Shown: positions 59,553 through 64,000 of the stretch, piece by piece | How the letters are laid out: each line of letters begins with the position of its first letter | How positions within the stretch are numbered: the first letter of the stretch is position 1 | NCBI GenBank assembly: GCA_051942205.1 | Contig: JAVECO010000012.1 | Coordinates: 62,001-126,000, forward strand | From: Coniocarpon cinnabarinum | Lineage: Eukaryota | DNA: 64,000 nucleotides | Reading direction: 5' to 3' | Notes under the pieces: generated by a model | Seen by the model: the letters and a program-made list of their open reading frames with translations, nothing else | Database searches by the model: none | Told to the model about the DNA's origin: nothing | Position numbers and translations under genes: made by a program

Positions 59553-61205
59553 ATGGAGCACTTCCCATATCAGCCAACTCATTCGAGCGTGCTGCCGTCC
59601 GCTGGGCATCTCCAGCAGCAGCAGCACCAGCAACACCAGCCACAACCTCATCACCAACAACAGCAACCCCTCACTCCCATCTCAAACATTACCAGCAGTC
59701 ATCCGTCGTATCACCACCACCACGAGTCCCCCGCTCAGCCAAACATACTCCCTCCTCTTCATAGTCAGTCCAATGGTCATCTGCAATACCCGCCACAACC
59801 ATCGTCCTTCAAGAGTGCTCCCCATCAGCAACATGACCCCAGTGCGTCAAGAGTTCCACACACACCCGACACCCCTAATAGCGTTGAGGGTAGCGCACAT
59901 GGCCTGCCACATTTGGCGCCACAGCCACACATGAACGTGGCAGAACCTCAAGTTACCTCGTGGGGAGGATCGAGCCATCCCGGATATCAAGACACACCTT
60001 CCAATCCTTACCATCCGCCGTCTCAACAGCACACCAATGGCTTCTCGTTGCCGAGCATGCCCCATTATTCACAAGCGCCGACCTCGCATATCAACCCGAC
60101 TGTGAATGGCATCCACGATCGAGTTCAGCAGCCCCAGCAGCCGTCTTATGGTTACACATCACCAGTTCATGCAGATCAGTCCGATCCGGTCACCTCGCCT
60201 GAGGACTCACGACCGATGCCTGTTGTCGGATCGCAGGGGCGAAGAGGCATCTTGCCTAGTCTTGGTGCTCGTCCACCGCCTGTTGGATCGATGCCAGATG
60301 GTTCTGCGCGTGGCGTGACGCAATTGTCGAAGAATTCTGAGAACAAGTATCAGTGCAATTTCTGCACCAAGACATACCTGCACCTCAAACATCTCAAACG
60401 CCATCATCTCCGACGTAAGTTATTTTTCTGTTCATCGCCTTCAATCATAAGCTAACAATCATTCTCAGACACCGGCGAACGCCCATACCAATGCAGCCTT
60501 TGTCACGAGACCTTCTGCCGCAGTGACATTCTTAAGCGTCATTTCGCCAAATGCGCCATCCGTCGCGGCAACCCCACAGGAGCGAATCACCTGACTCATG
60601 CACAAGCTCACCTGAACAAGCCCCCACGCACTGCACCGAATTCTTCAAACGGATCGACCGCTCCGCCGCCGTTGACCTCCCTGAGCGCAATCTCAACAAA
60701 TCAACCACCTTCCAGCTATCATCAAGGCCCTTGGTCTGCGACCACGGCGCGCTCTTCCGCGACGACTATGGATCAGAACCATTTCCCAATGGGCGACTCC
60801 ACACGCACGTCCCGGTCCAGCAGCCTCATGGGCCCGGAGGCGCATCTTGACGAGGAACGCAAACGCTACTCCACTGGCGGCGCTACTCTCGCTCCCGCCA
60901 ATGGCAACGTCGATGCAGCCACGAATGGTGTGCAGGGGCATGAACGACCTTTTTCGTATCCGTTTGGTGCCGATCGTCAGATGCCTACGGCTTTTCGAGA
61001 CTCCAACGGTAATGGCTTTTCGTACCCGTCGTCCATGGCGCAGCAGCCGGAGCAGCAGTTACCTTCTATGTCTGGCTACATGCGCACAACCAACGGCTGG
61101 CCGCAGCCTTACAATGCGCCAACAAATGATCACAATCAAAATTGGAGCAATTGTTTCACGCCTGGCGGCCAAGATTCGTTGATGTACGGCGGGCATCACG
61201 CGTGA
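59553..61205 (+). CDS. C2H2 zinc-finger transcription factor (two fingers; RfeC-like by recall); intron 60415-60468
   Basis: Q/H/P-rich N-terminus; VVGSQGRRGILPS; YQCNFCTKTYLHLKHLKRHHLR|HTGERPYQCSLCHETFCRSDILKRHFAKCAIRRGNPTG. Confidence 0.9.
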
Positions 61206-62086
61206 CAACCATGGGTCACGCGGCCTCCTCCTATCGACTGACGATCACCGACACCACTCACACTCAGCTGATTTGGACCGATCTCAACATTCTCTTCTCG
61301 ATCGCATATATGCTCGGCACCTTGCGGATGCTCTGCAGCATTGGGTCACAGCATCACTGCACGACTGCGGGCATTTTTACAACTAAAATATTTTTATCAC
61401 GACGATTCTCTTTGCGCACTTGCGCCTCACAGCGTTGGCATCATTCACAAAAAACTTGATGGACTCGCACCTCACACCGGACCAGCCATTGCTTGCATGA
61501 CCTGGTTATTCAGTCAACGAAGGCATGAAAATTGAACGCGATTCAGCTCAGGCCTGAATCCGCAGAATCAAAATCTACGCATCACAGAGGCAGAAACGGA
61601 ATTCAAGACCATGACCGCATGCACTCAAGAACATTAGACTTGCTTTTCTCTTTGCAACGCACGACACGGCAGAATGGAAGCATTGTTCACGCTGATCACG
61701 GCGGCTAGGCACCGTCAACGGAACAGCCCACTTCGCGGCGGTGCGAACCCTGGACAGCTGGCATTGGGAGGCTCTGACCGAGCATTTCTTGCGTTGGGTA
61801 GGCATGATAGGCGCAGAAATATTCACTGGGTGAATTCATACAGGCTCGGATGAGTCATGATCTGGTACTATAGATGAGAATCTGATGATAATCATTTTTA
61901 TTGAATTTTCCTTTCGTTCATGCACGCTTCTCAGTTCCGCGTACTCTCTAATCCATCGCCTGACTGGAGCTCTCGCACACCTCAAGGAATATCAGGCCAT
62001 TATTCTGACCCTGCCGTGGCGCTTTTTCTGTCGCAAGTTTCAATCTCAGCCGGCGGACAAGGGTCATTTATCAGCCGTCAGATACG

Positions 62087-63841
62087 ATGCCAGAACCCCA
62101 AATATTGACAGGCGACAAATCCGCCCTATCGGCTTTTGTAGATCGCTTCGATGTGAGCTTCGTCTTGAATTTCCAAGGATTGAAACCTGAATGGCGACCT
62201 CTAACGAACTCGACAGACCTTTCTTTTCGATTGCGATGGTGAGTCACCCCTGAAAACCCCTGAGGACGCTGCCTCGTCGAGGAGCCGGGATCACGATGTG
62301 GTGATAAGCAATGATGTTGCGCGGGATTCACTTTGTCAGATACTTGCTGTGATTTTGCATTAGTGGTCGCCGGATTGATGCATCGTTGAAGTGACTGGCT
62401 GTCGAACTAACTCGGCTTAGGTGTGCTATGGTCGGGTGACCACCTCTTTGAGGGGGTACCAGAGGCGTTGGAAGCGCTGAGCAAACGAGGTATGTGTTTC
62501 CGTTTATGCCATGCTTTCAGAAGCCATCGGGATCAGCGCTACTGGCATGTCGCGTGTCGTCGTAAGACTCGAAAGATCGCCATTGTTCACAGGAACTTAA
62601 GATGCAGAGGTCGTGGATTTGCGCCGAGTGAGTGATGTTGAAGCTGATGTGGGATGTAGGCAAGCGCTTGATCTTTGTGACGAATAATAGCACGAAGTCG
62701 CGAGCGTCGTATAAGGCCAAGTTTGATAGCATGGGGATACCGGTGTCTGTGGTGCGTTTTTCAGACCTGTCGACCTCATCACCTCTTCTTCGTTGTCAAG
62801 GTCTCCAGCACAAAGGCACCCTTTTCGCCCGTCCTTTCGTTTGATGTTTCGTCTACGCTGCTATGACCATAATAGAAAAACAAGTTGCATTCGAAAATGG
62901 ATTTTCATTGCTGCTGATCGATCACCTCTACCGCTTTTCAACTACATCGCACATGATCCCAGGCCTGACGCGCTGATACTAGGACTCGATTGTGGGCTCT
63001 TCTTTCGCCTCTGCCGCCTACATCGCAAACACTCTCCGTCACCAGCCACCGAAGAACAAAGTCTTTGTCCTCGGCGAAGCTGGCATCACAGACGAGCTCG
63101 ATGCACTAGGTGTACCATGGTGAGTAATCTTAGTGTCAACGCACACGAACACTCCCGTGACCAATGCCGTTTAGGATTGGAGGACCTGATCTGGCGTTCC
63201 GCCGTGACTTTGACGCATCGACAGACTTTGCACGCATAGCGAGTGGCGAGGCATTAGATCCCAACGGTACGCCACTGGATTCTCAAGGTTGGAGACTCCG
63301 TCGTCCCCTAGGCACATTGCGCTCCTCCAGCGCTACGAGCGTCTCCACTCTCGTCCGGAAACCACAGGAAGATGACGCATAGCTGACAAACACAGTCTCC
63401 ATCGTCCTCTCCGGCCTCGACTTCCACCCGTCCTACCTCAAACTCTCCCACGCCTTCGCCTATATACAACGCGGCTCCACGTTCCTAGCCACAAACCCCG
63501 ACACGACCCTCCCCAACGCGCGCGCTCTCTTCCCCGGCGCCGGCAGCACCACCGCCCCGCTTATCGCTGCATCTGGAAAACAACCAATCACCCTCGGCAA
63601 ACCGGCAAAGGAAATGATGGATGCCATTGCTTCGACTATAGGTGGGTTTGAGAGGGGGAGAGCTTGTATGGTTGGAGATCGGGTGGGGACGGATATTCGA
63701 TTTGGGGTTGAGAGTGGGCTTGGTGGTACACTCGGGGTGTTGACTGGCGTTAGCTCAACAGAGGAGATGGTGGAGGGAGTGGAAGGAGTGAGGGCGGGGG
63801 CAGTGGTGGAGAGTTTAGGGGATTTGGCTGTTTTGCTTTGA
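62087..63841 (+). CDS. PHO13: 4-nitrophenylphosphatase / phosphoglycolate phosphatase, HAD class IIA, ~7 exons
   Basis: Spliced [16 protein letters not shown] (DxD motif); [46 protein letters not shown]. Confidence 0.9.
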
Positions 63842-64000
63842 TGTTGGGTGGGGCCGATACTTGTGTTGAGTGGAAGTGAGTGGGCAATGCCTTGTGAATT
63901 GACTTGCATCTTTGCGCGTTAGACTGGATTGATGGTTCTGTGCAGTCAAAATAAGAGCAGAGGTATGTTGGTAAGTAAACCTGACTGGAAAGGCACGTGA

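Overview
Intron-containing genomic DNA of a filamentous ascomycete (Pezizomycotina-type genes, GT-AG introns with CTRAC branch sites, several AAG acceptors). There are three parts. (1) 1-28.6 kb is gene-dense: the edge of a probable secondary-metabolite/oxidative cluster (FAD-linked oxidase, two divergent CYP7/8-like P450s), then conserved genes (AAT2, UFE1, HOS3, Rad4/XPC-family, RING-H2 E3, RRN11-like, L-galactonate dehydratase, MRP21, SNU71/RBM25). (2) About 28.7-52.2 kb is a gene-sparse accessory island ending at an intron-containing tRNA-Pro(CGG). It holds at least nine small, highly divergent paralogues with a split F-box-like motif (LPxEI/L...[insert]...AxxLxxxNK), most followed by a His/CxxC...C motif. 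It also holds a PD-(D/E)xK-like nuclease-fold gene, a divergent FAD monooxygenase, pseudogenes and an AT-rich MITE-like inverted repeat. (3) 52.7-64 kb is conserved again (FAA1, RKM5, a C2H2 transcription factor, PHO13). The clustered F-box-like/Zn-knuckle family is the best candidate for an undescribed system. All family assignments come from motif recognition by eye, not from database searches.
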